The notes beneath the pieces are model-generated. The model was not told where the DNA came from, ran no database searches, and worked only from the letters and a program-made list of their open reading frames with translations. A program made the translations under genes and the position numbers. A DNA stretch of 64,000 bases, from the NCBI GenBank assembly GCA_030704615.1, contig CM060732.1, positions 32,178,001 through 32,242,000 of the forward strand. Direction: 5' to 3'. Below are positions 35,609-49,600 of this stretch, piece after piece (positions within the stretch are counted from its first letter, which is position 1; every line of letters starts with the position of its first letter). The DNA is from Takakia lepidozioides. Taxonomy: Eukaryota > Plantae > Bryophyta.

Positions 35609-38600
35609 CTTGCATTCTCTGGTCCTCTGTCAAGTTGATACCAAATGTGTGACCTAGCAATGTAGTGGGCTCGCCTTCCTTGAGCCAAGTTAATCCCAGG
35701 TGGGCTCCCCAGGTCGGATGGCTTCCTATGGTAGACTTGGAGAGGTCACCTAAAAGAAGGGCTTTAGTCTTGCTCCAATTCACTTTGAACCCTGAAACAC
35801 TACAAAAGTTGGACAGGGTATCTGCCGCTGCTTCTAGGGAAGATTGGTTGGCTTCGAGAAGAAGGAAGGTGTAATCTACGAACATGGAGTCCTTAACCTG
35901 ACGCCAAATGCCAGTTCTGTGATTCTGCAGCTTAAGCCCTATGACTTGAGGATTGTCCTCTAGCATGTAGCCCAGAGCATCCGCTACAAAAAGGAAGAGG
36001 AAAGGGGCAAGTGGGCATCCTTGTCTTACTGACCTTTGGAGCTGGAAGGGCTTGGAAATGTGACCATTAATTGAGACCCTGCTGGTGGAACCTTGCAGCA
36101 GGATTTGCACCCATTGACAGACGCTGGGGGGAAGACCTGACTTCTTAAGAACCGCCATGAGGAAGGCCTAGTCTACTCTGTCAAAGGCTTTTTCGAAGTC
36201 TAATAACCAGAGAGCCAGTGCCTGGTCAGAGCTGGCTGCATAAGCCGAAGCCTCCTGGGGCAGAAGAACATTGTCTAGAATGAACCTGCCTTTAACATAG
36301 CCAGCTTGTCCCGTCCTGATCATTGAGGGGAGCAGGGGCTGAAGCCTCGGAGCTAAAGTCTTGGCTATAATCTTGTATGCAACGTTGAGGAGAGTGATTG
36401 GCCTGTAATTGTTGAGCGATGCCCTATCCCCTTTCTTGTAGAGCAGGGTAATGATGCCCTGGTTCATGGACTCTGGCATGAAGCCTTGGCCCTTAGTGGC
36501 GTTAGCCATGTCACAGAAATCCTTTGATATGGAGGGCCATGATGTCTTGAAGAATTCCACAGGCATACCGTCAATCCCCGGAGCCTTATTGTTGCTCATG
36601 GTTTTGAGGGCTTTCTCTATCTCTTGGGGCTCCAAGTCACTTTCGAGTTCCTCACTAGTTCATGTTGGAAGAGACTGTGGGATGGTTCGGAGGCAATCCC
36701 TAAGTCTGTCCTGGAAGAGGTGATCTTTTGGATCAGCCTGAAATAAAGAGGAAAAGTGGTTGAAAGCGGCATCACACATTTTCCTAGGAACAGTAGAAGA
36801 GGAGGTTTGGAGAGGGTCTGTGTAAAGCTCGGAGATGGCTTGGCAAGCCCTACGGAGTTTCAGCTTCTGGAAGAAGTATTTGGACAACTTTTCTCCTTTG
36901 GTTGACCAGTTTATGCCTGCTTGCATCTTCATTTTCTTTTCCTTGAGGAGATTGAATTGGTCCAGGTTGTATCTTGCCTCTAGATAGGTTTGAAATGTGT
37001 GTGCATCACAAGAGCGGGCCTCAATCTTTTTCTGGCAAATCCCCAGACATTTTTGCAGTGCTTGGGACTTTCTTTTCTGAGAGGCTGATGTCCAAGAGGA
37101 TGGGAGAGAAAGGATAGGACGGAGGCATAGGATTTTGCATTTGCTACTGAGTTTGGGATTGTCATGGAAGAACAAAATAGGAATGGACCAAGAGGGGGAT
37201 AGGGGACTCAGAGAGAGCTGGAGGGATGTTGCCGGAGGAGGTGTTGGGGAAGGTAGAAGAGTGTTGTGACCTGCAGGATCGCTATGACGCTGGGACGAAT
37301 GCGGCGCTTGCTGGGTTTGTAATTGCGAGACTTGCAGCTCCGAGGAGCTGAAGTTTGAAATTTCTCCAAAGGGGTCGAAGGAGTGATTGATGAGGCCTGC
37401 TGGGCAATGCTTCTTCCTTGCTCCCTTCTTTCCCTCTTTTCCTGCTTCGGAGATGGCATGCAGAAGTGCATTCTGTAAGGTGTCATTGGATCTGATCAGG
37501 GATTTGCTTTGAGTATATGGGCCTTGGTAGTGATCTTCCTGAGCCCAAACTCCTGGCAGAGTTATACTGGTGGAAGCCAGAAACGAGTCTTCATCCATGA
37601 TAGCCAGAATGTGAGTGTTAGGGGTGAGGTCATCACAAAGGCCTGGAAAAGCCTCGGAGTATGCTCCCCAGGTGACAGCCGACGTGGATGTGAGAGAGTA
37701 TAATGGGAGGTTAGCGTGGAAGTAGTCATTAATCTTGTTGCATAAAGTAGGAATTGGGCTGCTGTCCATAGGGCTCTTGGAGATGAAGGATTGAACATCC
37801 CGTACTGAGATCCATATGGAGTCGAAGTTCATGTTGTCTCTGCCTGTCACCCAGAATGTCGGGTGTGGATGCTTGCGAAAGATCAATGGCGTGAGGCAGG
37901 TAGCCACCGGGTTCTGGATGGCGGGATGACTTCTTAAGGCCAGCTGGGAGCAGCCTTTGAGGGACAGTAGGGGAAAGGAGCAGAGCCTTGCACAGGTGCT
38001 TGCCGTGAGCGGGTTGTGCGCTATTGGTGAGTGGCGTAACAACTGCCGAGGGACCTGCTGAGGGGCCTGTTGGCTTGGCAATCCCTGAAGAATGTTGCCC
38101 GTGGTGGCATGCTTGCCCTGTGATTCTGCCATTTCCATTTCCCAAGAGATCAGACTTGACGTTGGCCAAGGAGCAGGTGGTGGGGCCTGCTGCAAGAGGA
38201 TGTTAGAAGATGACGAGCCTGAGTTGCCTTTGGTGCATGAGTCGTCTGGAAGTTTTGTTGAAAACCCATTGGTGAATGGAAGCCTAACGCAGGGGGCAGT
38301 GTTTGCCTCAATTAGCATCGGATCCTGTAGCGCTTTCCTTCTCTTGGTAGGGGGGGAGTTAGAGATTTGCCTGACAACAAAGTCCCAAGCCTGGTAATTT
38401 GGATCTTGGCCAGTTCTAGCTTGGACATAAGTTGCTGGTAGAGGACTATTTTTAATAGGCTGTGGCACTGGTTGAGGGTGGGAGTCTGAAACTTGGTTTT
38501 GATAAAGGAGTGATTGGCCTGTTCCTTCCTGTGATTGCCTGTTGCCAATCTGATCTTTACCCAACCTTTTCCTTTTTGCTTTAGGGCAGTTTGCTCTGAG

Positions 38601-39594
38601 GTGATCAGATAACCCACAGTAATAACAAGATGAGTGAGCTGTGTCTTCAGAGACCTTGACCGAAAAGTAATTTCCTTGATCGTCCATTGGCAGCTTGATA
38701 AAATTCTGGTAGGATCTTATCCGCTGGCATCATCACTACAATCTTAGGAAAACCATTGTCATTTGGCCTTGAAGCGATAGTGGCCTTCCTCCATGCTGGG
38801 TCTCCCCTCAATGAAGCTGTGTTCATGTTTGGATCAAAAACTGCCAGACACCCCAAAAATGCTCCAAAGAAGTTTCCTATCGTTGGTAGGCAAGATAAGT
38901 ATTGATCCGGGATGTAAGGTAGAGATATAGTACGCGGGCTCCAGATCTTACCATTTATGTTACCCATGCTTTTAGACCATCGAAATATGTTGACATTGAA
39001 ACCATGCAGATTAGGATTAAATGCCAACACTTTCTCCACCGCTTCTTTAGAGTCCAAGAGAACTGAGAAGAAGCCGCGTCCTCCGGGCTGGCAAAAATGA
39101 TGCAACAGGTCTCCAGATCCCCCTAAGTGCCTTAAGGTCCATTATCGAGCATGAGATCTGCTCACTTTCTTGCCCGGGAAGTGCAGTAGGATTCCATTGT
39201 TTTCATAATGTTCGACGTTGAATTTGATCTGATTCAGCTTGACTGCCACAATGGGCTGCTCTTTGGCAAGCAAGTCTCTCAGGGTAGCTGTAGCATTTAG
39301 AGGACCATCCAGGAGCTCAGTATCTCTGGCCGTCTGTGGAGAAACGCTTGGGTTGGAACCTTCTTCGTTGCTGTCGCAGGGTGGCGCTGACTTCGATGTC
39401 GCGTGACGCCAACTCGAAATTGGAGGATGGTGGGCCTGGGGGAGCCCAGGAGGGATGAGGCCCAATGACTGGGACTGGTGAGCCATGAAGTACCCTGTGC
39501 CTGTAGAGGGGTGAAATTTCCTCGGGTCAACGTAAGAGGAGCGACCTGGCCTTGCTAGAGCGGATTTGAAGGAATTGTTGAGTTGGGGAGCCAT
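35609..39594 (-). mobile_element. decayed L1-clade LINE (ORF1 with CCHC knuckle, RT), truncated by the gypsy insertion
   Basis: GRGFFSV and CYYCGLSDHLRANC (ORF1). INWSTKGEKLSKYFF, KAPGIDG, NYRPITLLN, LDFEKAFDRVD, RQGCPLAP, degenerate MFVDY and KVNWSKT. Stops at 36660 and 36168. Confidence 0.9.
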
Positions 39595-40380
39595 AGATGA
39601 TATGTGGACTGCAGGACTTCGGAAAGACAGGGCGGGGAGGGAGCGAGAACTGATGGGGAACTTGAAGCGGCAGTAAGGAGAAAGAGCTACGAGGGCGGGC
39701 AGTAGAGCTAGATTAGGAAGCTTGGAAAGGAGCGATGGCTGTTAGCGAGAGCCTCGGAGCTGATCAGCTGAGGAGCAGTGAAAGCATTGAGTTGGGCAAC
39801 ACGGGGGAGAATTTAGTGATCGTGACGGCTGCATGGTGACTGCCTCCAGGGGTTGGCGGAGCTCTTAATTTGGTGGCAGGAGTCTGAAGGTGATTGGATG
39901 TGGATAGATTGCCGAGGATATTTGGGGGATGTATCAGAGTGAAGGCGGCTGAGCATTAAGGGGGGTTATGGAGAACCCTGCAATGCTGGCTATCTTGTCT
40001 GTTTGAAGGATGAAATGGTTAAAGTTCGTCGGGTAAGCAGCTGAAGCGAGGTTTGCAATCTTAACATTGCGAGGGGTGATGGATCATGATAGATCTTTTC
40101 GATAACTGGGGTACATGGGAGAGCCTGAAGGGTACCGATGATGATGAGAGAATGATTGGATGGCGCTGTAGGACTTAGGTTTGCAAGTTGAGCGAGAAGC
40201 TTGGAAGGCGTCGCAGGAAGGTGGTTGCGGCGCTCTCCCTCACTCCGCGAGATGCGGAGCTCCATCGTTTCTCCCTACTCACTTGTAATTTCATATTTGT
40301 GATTCGCGGAGTAATAGAAGTCACAATAAGCAGTCAGAATGCGACACGCAACCCGAACACACGGGCCGCCTGGGACTGAC

Positions 40381-40918
40381 TCCGGTTATTCTATAGTCAA
40401 TACCCGGCGGTTATTGAGTAATCCGGTTATTGGATTTATTTATTTACAAGTGTTTTATTTTGTACTAATTTATTTTCAAAAATAAAATCTATAAGTTTTT
40501 AAGGTAGCACCCTTTGCATTTCATTAAGCCAAACATGATTTCCATGCTAATGCTTTTCAATGCTACTACATTTTGCATTAATGGACAGCTCATAATGACA
40601 ACAGGTACTAATCCGGCTGTTACGATGAGAGTATAATCTGGCTTTTATGAGAGGATACGTGTTGACCAATTTAAGAGGTGTGGCCCACAAAGGTTTGCCG
40701 TATTGATAACCGGTTCCCGAAATTTTATCTCATATTGGGTCTCTATCCGGTTATCTAGGAACTTCTAACCTCCAATTATCAATAGGAGCCGGATCTTATA
40801 ATTTACATAACCGCCGGTTATGTATATCATTTTTTTTGAAAAAAAATCCAGTTTTGGTTATCAATATTTTGATAACCGGGTTTTGATACCTTGATTACTC
40901 AATACCCGCCCAACACTA
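40381..40918. mobile_element. non-autonomous hAT-like element remnant
   Basis: GGCGGTTATTGAGTAATC (40406) is inverted relative to GATTACTCAATACCCGCC-CAACACTA (to 40918). Many CCGGTTA/TAACCGG subterminal motifs. Left terminus and TSD not found. Confidence 0.45.
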
Positions 40919-42179
40919 GAATGAACCCCCTTGCATATACAGGATGAAGCACACAAGAGACACCATCCCTGGACCAACCGGCTAGGAAACCATGCCACAG
41001 AGGACAAGGTAGCAGGATTTGAGCCCCAAACCACTAGGGCAAGTATCCAACTGAGCTACCAGCTACAGTCCATTTTGTGGAATTCGGTAAATTGTATCTA
41101 TTATATTCAGTACCCGTGAGAAAAAATCTGATTTTTTTTTAATTTTTTAATTTTTTTTCCCTCAAGAATTTCTCAATGTGCCAGAGAAAAAAAATCGTCC
41201 GAAAACTGCACGTGAGAAGGCACCAAATAAGGGCACAAAATAGGAGCAGTGTCACATACAAATAATCCCAGGCTCACCTTGTTACCATAGCAAGGCCGGT
41301 ATCAACTCAACTCACAATGAACCAAGCCTTGCTGGTAAGAGCGTGTTGCCAAGTTCCAAGTCTTAGATGAATATTCACCTTTTGCAATATGCAAGAAAAA
41401 AATGAGGAAGAATGTGCAAATATCATACACTTACTCAAGCTCCCAGGAATCTAGCAGTAGCCTACATTTACATGCAGAGCTCTCACGCGCCTCAAGCTGG
41501 TTTCAATTCAGTGCGTGGGGAGGCTGACTTGTATGACACACGGGTGAAGGTGGGGAGGACAATAGCCACGGAGTTCAGTCACAGAAATTGTTGGATAGGA
41601 AGCTCTTCAGCCGAGGGTACTTGGTGATGACAGCACGTTGCTCGGCGTGGCTGTGCCTTAGGCTAGGGAATTGGTCAATAGCCAACTTGCAATTATCAAT
41701 GCTTTCTCTTAATGCCCACAACGTGTCGTAGTGCGCCATCAAATTTCTGGCCAATATGCACCTTCTTGATAGTCTCTTGTAGGCGCTGACATCGGTACCC
41801 ATCTCCATGGCGTGACAACCAACCAGGACCAGATGAGCAACAGCCAAGTTGTACAGCTGCCTACCGTCGCCGTCCACCGTCGACTTCTTGTTCACGCTCC
41901 ACTTGAGGATCTCACCTGCACAAACTATCACCCCCCGCTTTGCCATCGTCTCGAGAAGTGCCCTTGCACAGGCAAGGCGTTGACCTTGCCACAGTACTTG
42001 CGACTCCAACTATGAGAGGCACGACTCAAACTATGAGAGGCACGACTCAATCGTGGCAGCAATCGGGCTTAATGGTGGTAAATTGTGAGGATCCATCTCT
42101 CTTGATGCACTCGTGCCTGGTGTTTAAGAAATATATGGTTGCATGATCTGTTCTAGCCTTGCCCAAGCTTGTTTCGAAT

Positions 42180-42645
42180 CCCAAGCCCTCCAACACTGCA
42201 CCCCACTCCCAAAGACCTCGGATCACGAGCATTTTCCTCTCCTGCGTCGACGTTCGCTATGTCTTCTCCTCTCTCTCTCTCTCAGGACGCTCCTTCCACC
42301 ACGTCCAGAATCCCTCCTCCAAATCCAGATGATGCCTTCCGCTGCTCTGTCCTCCAACACTGCACCCCACTCCCGAAGACCTCGGATCACTAGCCTTTTC
42401 CACTCTCGCATCGACTTTCGCTATGTCTTCTCCTCTCTCTCTCACGACGCTCCTTCCACCATCCCTTCTCCAAATCCAGATGATGCCTTCCGCTGCTCTG
42501 TCCTCCCACACTGCACCCCACTCCCGAAGACCTCTATCTCATGACGCTCCTTCCACCATCCCTCCTCCAAATCCAGATGATGTCTTCCGCTGCTCTGTCC
42601 TCCCACACTGCACCCCACTCCCGAAGACCTCGGATCACTAGCCTT
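42180..42645. repeat. imperfect tandem repeat, 4 copies of CACTGCACCCCACTCCC(A/G)AAGACCTC with ~100-165 bp units
   Basis: Copies near 42194, 42358, 42508 and 42606, with shared CCAAATCCAGATGATG. Confidence 0.85.
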
Positions 42646-43249
42646 GTCCATGTTTTCATCAAACTGATCTTATTTTTCAAACAGGTCGCGTCATTTTCCA
42701 TTCACAATGTAACTTCCGTAGATGACCTCAATTGAAAGTGATGTCTAAATGAAAAACACGGGCTCCTCTACGTACATGCTCCAACAAATGGTGGATAGAT
42801 AAAATTAATTCTCTCTATGCTATAATTTTTTATCCATGCTCAGATGTACATAGTCAATTAGAGTATCAACTAAAATTTAAATACCAACATGCAAAAGTCT
42901 TGGTTTTTGCGCTTCACAACAAGAAGTAGAAAGAGAGACTTGAAACCAATTTGGCTACCAAGTACATATGAGAAAAGACTCCAGTTAGAGCTGACGTAAC
43001 TAAGAGCCACTTATTATTGCGCCTGTCAAGAGTGGGTTCTATAAATATTTTTATAAATAAAAATTAACAAACAAATTTAAATAATTTAAACATAGAGACT
43101 ACATAGATGTACATATATCTACTATATATCCTATAGTTTGTTGATGTGTATTTATAATGTACTAATAGACCAAGCAAGCCTACTCCAAGCGTTTTGGAAA
43201 GATTTGCGCAAGACTATCTTGTTAGGAGACAATGTGCTACAGCAATAGC

Positions 43250-45050
43250 TTCATTGGAATTCCCAATCTTGGAAATAGTTTCTTCGTGCAAGAGTGCTAC
43301 CATGGATTGGTGCAAAAGATGGAAGATCATTTTCAGAATGGTAGCTCCAACATGATTATCGCAGGAACCAGGTGAACAACTCGTCACAATGAACCCAAAA
43401 ATGTTTACTCTCGCTCCCATTGCATGTCTATATTTTTTCAGATTAATTTCTCAATTATGCCTAAATGCAACGCATCAATTGAAGAACCATCCTATGGTAT
43501 TGTAAGAGAACTTTGCTTGCTTGGGGTGTAGGGAATGGGAAGAGTATGTTGGATTACTATTTACTCTACCTATGGGCACATAAAGGCCGAAACGTTGTGT
43601 TGGTGACGACCTGGTCACACAAACCAATGCTCTTCAACAATAACCACGTTTTTCAACTCAATGACGAGTCAGTGGAAGATGAGTTCAAGAACAAAAATTC
43701 TAGGTTCTTGGCTGTGGATGCGTACACAAAAAGATAAAGATCTCATATTGATTGTATTGTTGCTTGGTTGCAAGTTTTTAGTTGATGCGGTAAATCCAAT
43801 GAAATATGGGTTATCCATGGTAAAGATGATGTTTGTGACCTTACCCAAAAAAGATATCTATTGGGTGAGTTTTTGTGACATTGATTATGGAATAAATAAA
43901 CGATGTTGTGAATTCTTTATTTGCATTCTATACTATTACATGTATCTGAATAAAGATTTTGTATTGTGCTGCAGGAAGTTTTCAAGCGCAATGAAGGCTA
44001 TGAAATCATGTATATGGACATGTGGAGCCTTGCGGAGCTAGAAAGTTGTCGAGCAACCATATACAAGGAGATTCAGCTTGTCATGAGACAATGCCCTACG
44101 GCTTGGTATTGACAATAACTTTCTTGGAATCCCCAATCTTAGAAACAGTCTCTTTGTGCGAGAGTGCTACCATGGATTGGTGCAAAAGGTGGAAGATCAT
44201 TTTCAGAATGGTGGCTCCAGCATGATTATCACGGGGAACCCAATGAACAACTCGTCATAGTGAACCCAAAAATGTTTATTATTGCTTCCATTACCACATA
44301 ATAACAGCAAACAAATTTAGTGGTATCTTTTTTTCAGATTAATTTCCCAAATCTACCTTAGCAACGTGCCAATTGAAGAACCACCGTATGGTATTGTAAG
44401 AGAACTTTTCTTGCTTGGGATGTAGGGATTGGGAAGAGTATGTTGGGTTATTATTTGCTCTATCTATGGACAATTGAAGGCAGAGACGTTGTGCTAGTGA
44501 TGCCCTGGTAACACAAACCAATGTTATTCAACAAATAACGATGTTTTCCAACTCAATGACGAGTCAGTACGTAGAAGAGGAGCTCATGAAGAACGAAAAT
44601 TCTAGGTTTTTGGCTATGGATGCATGATGTTGTTGTACCATATCCAAGATAGAGATCTCACATTGATTGTAATGTTGCTTGGTTGCAACATTAAAATCAA
44701 TGAAGTATGGGTCATGCATGACAAAAAGATGGTGCTTGAAATATATTGGATGAGTTTTTGTAACATGGATTATGGAATAAATATTGTTGTGAACTCTTTA
44801 TTTGCATTCTAAACTATTGCACATGTCTGAATAAAGCTTTTGTATTGTGGTGCAGGATTCAGTTCTCAAACGCAATTAAAGCTATGAAATCATGTACATG
44901 GACAAGTGGAGCCTTGCGGAGCTAGAAAGTTGTCGAACAACCATATACAAGGAGATTTTGCATCTGAGATGATAAAACGCTATGATAGGTGGGACAAATC
45001 CAAGGAAATGGTCATTTGTGATTCTTGGGAAACAGTTGAAATCTTGCTTT
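43250..45050 (+). pseudogene. two tandem ~900-bp decayed copies of a Crinkler/RHS-type P-loop NTPase fragment
   Basis: GVGNGKSMLDYYLLYLW and DVGIGKSMLGYYLLYLW..EGRDVVL (Walker A), FLA(V/M)DA (Walker B-like) and MYMD(M/K)WSLAELESCR. Collinear duplication 43290 vs 44160. Confidence 0.55.
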
Positions 45051-46439
45051 ACAACATTATTTGGTGTCTGCATCCTTTGTGGGTGTTCTCATCAGTCGGC
45101 ATCCATGAGGGGGTGACATTCTGCTCTATGTTTTGGAAAAAACTTCAGAAACTTAACATGGGTTTTTTTTAGATGACTCTTAATAGCAACACATCTTATT
45201 AGTAAAAGCCTAGGTGCTGCATACGACAATCCAGAGGTCAGCAACCGTATCCTGGACCTTGTAAGAGTAGATCCAGACTTTATCACGACTCCATACTATT
45301 AACATGAGACCTTGTCAAAGGCAAAGTGATGTTCAATGATTGGTCTGATATAAATACTGAATAGATGGTATGTCTTGTCTGCCAAGGTCCTCCAACAAAG
45401 GTCTATTGACTCAACATTCTTGCATCCTCATCACTGTTCTAAATCATAATAGCACGTCACCATCGGACATCAAGTGTGCGAGATTGGAGGTTGTTTTGAG
45501 CATGAGAACAAATATTGTCAATATATATTTTATGGTGTCATTTGAGAAATTTTTCGAATTTGGAAAACATGAAGTCTCTCAAAGGACATAGATAGCTGAT
45601 CTCGACATCTAGTCCTATAAAATTCTTTGCTAGATAGTCGGTAATACTCCTTTTGCTGGCGAATCGCTGTCATTCTACCTTCGGCCACACTCTTGGGAAG
45701 GACCAGGGATTTGTCTATCCTAAGGAAGAATGTGAGGCAATTTGCTATTGAGGTTCCAGTGTAAAAGCTTCCATGTTTGCATTTCTCAATGGTGGCTTAT
45801 GGATAGAGACAAAAGGGTGAGTTCAACTGCTATTCTGCAAGAAGGTCCAGTACCAACATCACCATACATTATAACCATGACTAGCTCCATCGTAGTCAAA
45901 GCCGTTCGCTGGTTAGTTTCTGTGGCTACAGCTACTCGACTGCTGCATCTAATATGATATTTCTCTAGATTGTCGGCCATTGTTAGGTCTAGAATTGGTC
46001 TCTAGATTCTAGCTAGTTAATTTGAGGTAGATATGTTTTTTTGCTAGGGTTCTTAATATTGTGTATTTACTATGGCTCTTATTGTATGGTACATGAGAGA
46101 TATCCAAAAAAAACCATGGCTATTGTAACAACTGGATCTTATTGCAAAGGGCTTTGGAACTGATGCTAGTACTTTGTTATTTAGTTGTCACACGAAAATC
46201 ACATAGCAAGAAGATTTCCAAAGTAGTTAAGCAGGGGAAGACAAGGGTGCGGAAGAGGCTTGGTCATTGGGACGGATATTGGGTGGGTGAACCTAGTTCT
46301 CCTAATGGTGAGGTTAAAACCATCGAGCTTGGTGAGATAATGAATAAGTACGCATACCTCTACTACAATCCTGTAACTGCCTTTGCTCCATAAAGTCCAT
46401 TCAACCCATAACAGTGTTGTGAAAAAGAAACCAACCCCA

Positions 46440-46625
46440 CCAATGTCATTGTCTGTGTTGTCGATGAAGAGAGGGATATGAGCACTAGAAAGAATGTGTG
46501 ATCGATTGTACTGTGATGTATCCCAGATATCTATGATTGAGAAGCCTTCTCCCGTTACAAGTTTTTTCGCTGCTTCCCCATCAGCATACTGTACCTCTGC
46601 TCGTGCAGACCTCGCCCCTCCAATA
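46440..46625 (-). pseudogene. fragment of a plastid rhodanese-like (STR11-type) gene
   Basis: RAEVQYADGEAAKKLVTGEGFSIIDIWDTSQYNRSHILSSAHIPLFIDNTDNDIG resembles the plant rhodanese-domain N-terminus. No intron; ends abruptly. Confidence 0.65.
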
Positions 46626-49600
46626 TACCTCTGATTTTGTCTCAGGTGAATGCCTGACAATCTCCTTCACAGGCACACAGATCTTTGTCAGAACATTGTT
46701 GATCATGTCCACAAAAATTCCATAGTGGACGTTGTTTGAGCAATTCATGTTATAACCTAATGTAGATGATGATAGTTTAGTTCATCAATGAGACAATTTG
46801 GTTGATCTTTTTTTGTTTCATAAACATGTTCTCTGAATTGAACATCTTCTAAGATTAGAGGTCGACTGTGCATCTCTATAATGTACGTGATGCATGTATG
46901 ATTGTATCAAATTGTGTCTTTTTCCTAAACATGTTTTCTGAATTGAACACTTTCTGTGATTTTGGACAATGCCTCTTGTAGGTGATGCTTCTATGATGTA
47001 TTTGTATTTCTTGTATATTCACATTGTATGGTAGAGAATTTGTCAAAGATTTGTGTGCACTCCAATCCTTTATGATGCAACATAAAGGGGCGGGGGCCTC
47101 TATGATATTAATTTCTTGTATCAAATACGTTGACAATAGCAGATAAAATTTCACCACATACTCATCATCTTCCAAATGCGGTTATTTGCATGCATGTTGC
47201 AATATCCTCTACATATACAATACTCTGCTTACTACGTCTCTGTTGAATTTCCAACAGTAAAGGATAAACTCATCCATGATATTGACTTGCACTCATGAAG
47301 CAAAGTTGATTGAAAAAATCAAGGTTTACTTCTCAAGTTGCCACATCATTCACATCATTTATTTGAAAGTTGAATATACTCTGATGCTGAAGTCAAAATG
47401 TCTGATCCTTGACAAAAAAATTGTAACGATTTTATTTTGTAATTAATTTATATATATATATATATTTTTCCACAACAAATAGAACTATACAACTGTACTA
47501 CAATCTTATAGGTTTCTTACAAGTAACTGTATCAAGAATCCTCCAATTATCATTAGGATGATGGAGTATCAAAATCCATTTTTAAATCAACCTTCAGAAC
47601 TCAAATGGTAGCAAAATAATATACAGAGACAAGACCCAAGTAAGTCCTCTTCAAGAAAAAGTCTTTTTTTTTACCATTCAAGAGCATTCATTGCAGTTAT
47701 GTTGTGTTAGGGCTACCATTTTGGTTTTAATCCTACTTATTTGGCAACATGCGTTGTGGTAATAGATAGAGTTGGTGGCTTGAGAGAGTAGTCACTTTCA
47801 AACATGGTCTATTTTGGTAAGTTATTATTATGTTTCTTAGAGGTCTTATAATGATCTTAAGATCCATGCACATGTAATTCAGTGGTATCTAATTTTTCAC
47901 ATTTAATTGGCTCCTCCCACACCCATGTCATTTGCACCTTCGAGGTTGCACTATTTCATCGAAAATTGTCGCTTTTCACTGCTCCAAGTACTACCTAGTT
48001 CTTCCCGTTCGTTATGCTCTTCCCTTAAAGTTTATGATGTCTTGTGGACGTAATCCGTGTTTCAGCTTCGGTTGCTTTCGTTCTTGTTTCGTTTGGGCTT
48101 GTCCCTTATCCATCGGGTGTGTCCTCCGCCTTGGGATTTATGAACTTTCCCGTATCCAAAAAAAATTAGGCTTCGGCCTGTTTTCTCTTACAAATTAATA
48201 AAATATTGGATACAATACAATTTACATAAATTTTAAAATTAGATTGTAAGGGTGGGCCAATATGCATTGTTCATAATATCGCATCCTAACTCCAAATTCA
48301 ATGCATTTGGTGGTAGGAAGGACCACACTCACAATAAGGAAGGATGGGAAAGATGATGGGATGGAGTAGATAGTGATTCTAGTAAGGTAAAAACCATAGA
48401 AGAGAGGTGTGTTAGCATTAGTAGCAAACCTAAGTATAAGCCTACCAAGTAAAGAGAGAATGGTATATAAGTGGTATTGAAACAACAGGCTCAAACCTTA
48501 TAGACAATAAGCAGGAGGAGGATAAGGGGCCACATACTCTTCTCCTTATAGATAAATAGCGTCTTGAAGCCAATGAGGCCCACGACTGGGCTCATGTAGG
48601 GAGGCCGGTTAGACTTGAACCTACCCGGCAAGTTGCGGGCTACCCGCCCGGCCCATGGGTTTGCTGTTGGAAGGACCCATGGGAAGAGACCATGCAGCTC
48701 CCGCAACCTATCCTGTCCAAGGCCTATCGCTTTGCTATCTGTAGACCCCTATGTAGTTTAAAGAATGAAAGTTTGAATATGAGCATATAGATGGTTGTGT
48801 GGTGGTTAGGTGGAACCCATGATATGGATGAGGCTTAGAGTTCAAATTTTGGAATATGTTGAAATACTTTTGGAGATGAAAAATTCAAAGACTTCTAAGT
48901 CCCTTCTAAGCCATGGAAGTGGGTAAGGGCCGGGATGGGTGGGTCTACTGTGGGGACAAGCCAAGTCTAGGTGCGGGCACAAAGCGGCCTACCCTTCTTG
49001 GAATGTGGGTTCACAAGGCGAGCAGCAGACCTGTGTGGGACCTTGTAGTCTTGACCAGTATTGTGTGGATCATCATCTGAAACCCGAACCCTGACTTGGG
49101 TTCACTTCTGAAACGGGCGGCTTATCCTTCTTGGAAGGTGGGTTCACAAGGGGATAAAGCCAGCAACAGACCTGTGTGGATCTGGGTAGGTCTTAACTAT
49201 TGTTTTTATTTTTGAAAGGGACCTGGACTTGGACCTGCCTTGCTAGGTCCAGAACCCGTTATACCCACGGGCCAATGTAACAGGTCTGGTCCGGGTTTTA
49301 ATCTTAATAAATATATGTACATGTAAAATCTTAAAAAAATTAAATTGTGACGCGTGCCTTGTACTTGCGCGGAGACCTTGAGAGCTGCCAGCCTCTCCTC
49401 ACTGGATCAGCTCATGGCAAGTACTACTCCTCATCCTCTCTCTTTGCATTTGATTTTTCAATTGCTTAGGGTGGGGCATGCATGATGCACCTAAGATGTG
49501 GTTTGTTTTGCAGGTTGTGTAGAGCAAGCACGACAAGCAGGTCCAGGCCGCGGCAACAGCCAGCCACCACCACCGCTGAAGGTAGGCCAGCTCCCACACA

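Noticed and set aside
41575-42009. 144-aa ORF
   Set aside because: No recognisable motif or splice support.
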